From a virus (lineage: Duplodnaviria; Heunggongvirae; Uroviricota; Caudoviricetes): a DNA stretch of 7,341 nucleotides. Shown one piece after another: positions 5,590-7,341 of the stretch. A program made the translations under genes and the position numbers. How positions within the stretch are numbered: the first letter of the stretch is position 1; each line of letters begins with the position of its first letter. The notes beneath the pieces were generated by a model. The model had not been told where the DNA came from, did no database searches, and saw nothing but the letters and a program-made list of their open reading frames with translations. The stretch spans positions 1 to 7,341 of the IMG/VR virus record IMGVR_UViG_2654587792_000035. One strand, given 5' to 3'.

Positions 5590-5686
5590 GTGAAGGGTTA
5601 AAACGCAAAAATTTTAATTTACTGCTGTGAGATAAAGCCTATGACAGCGAAGCACATAAAAAAAATCACAATCGCACGCCCTTGAT

Positions 5687-5887
5687 TTGACGGAACACTG
5701 GTTAAGGGTGTCGATAAAAATCATCGACCGCAACGCCGGGGAAGGATATGCGAAAGCACATCCCGAACTGATTAGCGCATTCATGACAACGGCAGCTGCA
5801 AACTTTGCCACGCTGACAGAACGGGAGATTGCCGAAGCGGAACAGGTGACAACCATCAACGTTAAAACCGGAGAGCAGACAGCATGA
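5687..5887 (+). CDS. Hypothetical small protein upstream of and coupled to ssb; start codon uncertain (TTG 5687, GTG 5708, or ATG 5641 in another frame via the A8 tract)
   Basis: Its stop TGA (5885-5887) overlaps the ssb ATG (5884) in an ATGA arrangement. Composition is plausible (Ala/Glu/Thr-rich) but no in-frame ATG with an RBS exists. An A8 run at 5658-5665 separates an ATG-initiated 14-codon ORF (5641-5685) from this frame. Confidence 0.3.
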   Translation: MTEHWLRVSIKIIDRNAGEGYAKAHPELISAFMTTAAANFATLTEREIAEAEQVTTINVKTGEQTA

Positions 5888-6306
5888 CAGCACAGATAGC
5901 GGCTTACGGGCGGCTGGTGGCTGACCCGCAGTTAAAGACCACCAGCAAGGGTACACAAATGACGATGGCGAGTATGGCGGTCCCACTTCCGTGCAGCCAG
6001 GCAGATGACGGAACGGCGACGATGTGGTTATCCGTCCTGGCGTTTGGCAGACAGGCCGAAGCACTGGCAAAGCACCGCAAGGGTGAACTCCTGAGCGTGG
6101 CGGGTAACATGCAGGTGAGCCAGTGGACCGGACAGAACGGGGAGACGCGGCAGGGCTGGCAGGTTATCGCAGACAGCGTAATCAGTGCGAGAACGGCGCG
6201 ACCGGGCGGCAAAAAAGGCCAACAGGGGCAGGCTACTGATGCACTGAGCAGAGCAAAACAACAGGCGGGAAATGATGATCCGTACGGGGATAACATACCG
6301 TTTTAA
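5884..6306 (+). CDS. ssb: Single-stranded DNA-binding protein homologue (140 aa), OB-fold with acidic C-terminal tip
   Basis: GGAGAG RBS about 10 nt upstream. Product aligns by eye with E. coli SSB across the OB fold (G.L..DP ... W..V..FG..AE ... KG ... WT.Q.G..R) and ends with DDPYGDNIPF, matching the conserved SSB C-terminal D-(D/N)-IPF tip. The linker is much shorter than in host SSB. Confidence 0.8.
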   Translation: MTAQIAAYGRLVADPQLKTTSKGTQMTMASMAVPLPCSQADDGTATMWLSVLAFGRQAEALAKHRKGELLSVAGNMQVSQWTGQNGETRQGWQVIADSVISARTARPGGKKGQQGQATDALSRAKQQAGNDDPYGDNIPF

Positions 6307-6321
6307 GCAACGAGTAACAGA

Positions 6322-6345
6322 AGCCGGAGCAATCCGGCTTTTTTA
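6322..6345 (+). terminator. Rho-independent terminator ending the rep-ori-ssb transcription unit
   Basis: Stem AGCCGGA / TCCGGCT (6322-6328 and 6333-6339), 4-nt loop GCAA, followed by a T-run to 6344; it begins 16 nt after the ssb stop. Confidence 0.8.
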
Positions 6346-6571
6346 TGGGTCCTCCCGGTGTAGTGACCTGCCACGGGGCGGGAGCGGCGCGGAAAAAGGC
6401 TAGTTTTTGCATTTTCATTCGTCATCATCATCTTTCTATAATGTTGAATTTTAAGTGTTTTTATTTTTGGTATGTTAATTTTGCTTGTTTTGTGTTCAAC
6501 ATACAGCGCGTTTTTTGACCTTTTTTAAAAGATATTTGCAAGATGCATTTTTAAAACATTCTGGAGCGGGT
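6346..6571. other. Candidate packaging-signal (cos-like) / late regulatory region: GC-rich block (6346-6392) followed by about 180 bp of AT-rich DNA with repeated ATTTTTAAAA motifs, immediately upstream of the Nu1-like gene
   Basis: The GC-rich block contains ACGGGGCGGGAGCGGCGCGG (GGGCGG-type motif reminiscent of lambdoid cosN). The spacing to the Nu1-like start (about 185 bp) resembles the lambda cosN-cosB-Nu1 layout. TATAAT at 6437-6442 lacks a good -35; ATTTTTAAAA occurs twice (about 6520-6530 and 6546-6556). The assignment is inferential. Confidence 0.3.
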
Positions 6572-7057
6572 ATGGATCGGGAACTGAAAAATCTGATGCT
6601 GAACATTAACCAGCTGGCGGCGATAGCGGGAATATGTCGCCAGACTGCGGCGGCAAGGCTGAAAAATATCCAGCCAGCCGGAGGACATGACAAGCTGAAA
6701 CTCTATCGGGTGACTGACATTCTGACTTGTTTTCTTGATCTTCCCGTTCCGGCATCACTGGAAGAAATGGAGCCACACGACCGTAAGGCCTGGTATCAGT
6801 CCGAACGTGAGCGCCTCAAGTTCGAACAGGAAACGGCGCAACTCATACCCGCCGATGATGTGCGAAAAGAGATGGCTATATGGGGAGAAATCGTAAGCGA
6901 GGAACTGGAAAAACTCCCCAGTATTCTGGCACGTGATGTTGGGCTTAAACCGATGGCAGTAAACAGAGTGCAGTCAATTATTGACGATTTGTGTAATCAG
7001 ATTATCAGCCGGATGGTAAAAAATGACGTAGTGAATGAGGTCGCAAAACAGGCATGA
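6572..7057 (+). CDS. Nu1-like terminase-small-subunit-type winged-HTH protein (161 aa); candidate packaging-specificity / redirection factor
   Basis: ATG at 6572 with GGAG 5 nt upstream; the track ORF start at 6485 was rejected. N-terminus LNINQLAAIAGICRQTAAARLKNIQPAGGHDKLKLYRVTDIL aligns by eye with lambda Nu1 VNKKQLADIFGASIRTIQNWQEQGMPVLRGGGKGNEVLYDSAAVI. No large terminase gene follows within the window. Confidence 0.65.
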   Translation: MDRELKNLMLNINQLAAIAGICRQTAAARLKNIQPAGGHDKLKLYRVTDILTCFLDLPVPASLEEMEPHDRKAWYQSERERLKFEQETAQLIPADDVRKEMAIWGEIVSEELEKLPSILARDVGLKPMAVNRVQSIIDDLCNQIISRMVKNDVVNEVAKQA

Positions 7058-7341
7058 TAATGACCGAATCTGAAATACTGCGATTAATCCGCTGTGCTGG
7101 TGGAATTAGCCAGTTGGCTGACGAACAGGCCGCGCAGCCGGATACAGTCACCGCTGAAAATTACGCGCGTGTGGTGGCTGAGGTGATGCGCCGTGACGGT
7201 ATTGAGCTTAACGGCGTGGATATGCGCAACATACGAACCAGAGTCCTTGAGTTGCTGGCATACCGTCGCCGTTCTCAACAACGGAGGGAGAGCGCGAAAA
7301 ATACTTATCAGTGGAAGAAGCCGGAATGGTTGCGGCGGTAA
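7054..7341 (+). CDS. Hypothetical protein (95 aa), translationally coupled to the Nu1-like gene; stop codon is the last triplet of the window
   Basis: ATGA overlap with the upstream stop (7054-7057). Product is Arg-rich at the C-terminus with no recognisable motif. An alternative start at the ATG at 7060 is possible. Confidence 0.55.
   Translation: MIMTESEILRLIRCAGGISQLADEQAAQPDTVTAENYARVVAEVMRRDGIELNGVDMRNIRTRVLELLAYRRRSQQRRESAKNTYQWKKPEWLRR

Larger units (their letters stand above)
1..7341. mobile_element. Segment of a P4-like / PICI-type integrative phage satellite (int-alpA-regulator-early operon-rep-ori-ssb-packaging module); both element ends lie outside the window
   Basis: Gene content and order seen in the sequence: tyrosine integrase, AlpA-like regulator, SF3 helicase replication protein followed by iterons, orphan Nu1-like small-terminase gene with no large terminase or structural genes in the window. 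Architecture matches established descriptions of P4-like satellites and Gram-negative phage-inducible chromosomal islands. No att repeats visible within the window. Confidence 0.7.

Noticed and set aside
6346-6392. Second hairpin (CTCCCG ... CGGGAG, about 6352-6384) as an additional terminator
   Set aside because: The stem is only 6 bp with a loop of about 21 nt and no U-tract; more plausibly part of the GC-rich cos-like block than a terminator.
5614-6418. - strand ORFs across the ssb region (5614..5859, 5702..6070, 5904..6296, 6028..6261, 6233..6418)
   Set aside because: They are antisense to the SSB homologue and the coupled upstream ORF, Cys/Pro/Arg-rich, and the last one runs through the + strand terminator; judged artefacts of GC-rich coding DNA.
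6496-7281. - strand ORFs 6496..6693 and 7084..7281
   Set aside because: They are antisense to the Nu1-like gene and the 95-aa gene respectively, with no RBS; rejected as shadow ORFs.
1-7341. tRNA, tmRNA or rRNA genes and att-site direct repeats
   Set aside because: No cloverleaf-compatible segment or long direct repeat was recognised; the integration target and attL or attR probably lie upstream of the integrase, outside the window.

Overview
This 7.3 kb window reads as the integrase-proximal part of a P4-like / PICI-type phage satellite (a helper-phage-dependent integrative island) of enterobacterial type. Gene order on the + strand: tyrosine integrase (1-1239), AlpA-family regulator (1659-1868), then an early operon with a small Icd-like gene (2717-2920), two coupled unknown genes (2913-3233, 3240-3539), an SF3-helicase replication initiator (3536-5353), an iteron-type origin directly 3' of it (5367-5589), a small ORF plus an SSB homologue (5884-6306) and an intrinsic terminator (6322-6345). 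A separate downstream unit has a GC-rich/AT-rich cos-like region, a lambda Nu1-like small-terminase-type gene (6572-7057) and a coupled 95-aa unknown gene that ends at the window edge. On the - strand, a ribbon-helix-helix regulator gene (2519-2214) faces the early operon across a promoter/operator region carrying three copies of a 12-bp motif. No tRNA, rRNA, CRISPR array or IS element was found; the attachment site is presumably upstream of the integrase, outside the window. All functional calls come from reading motifs and architecture by eye in the sequence and the supplied ORF track; no database or HMM search could be run, so family assignments are hypotheses.
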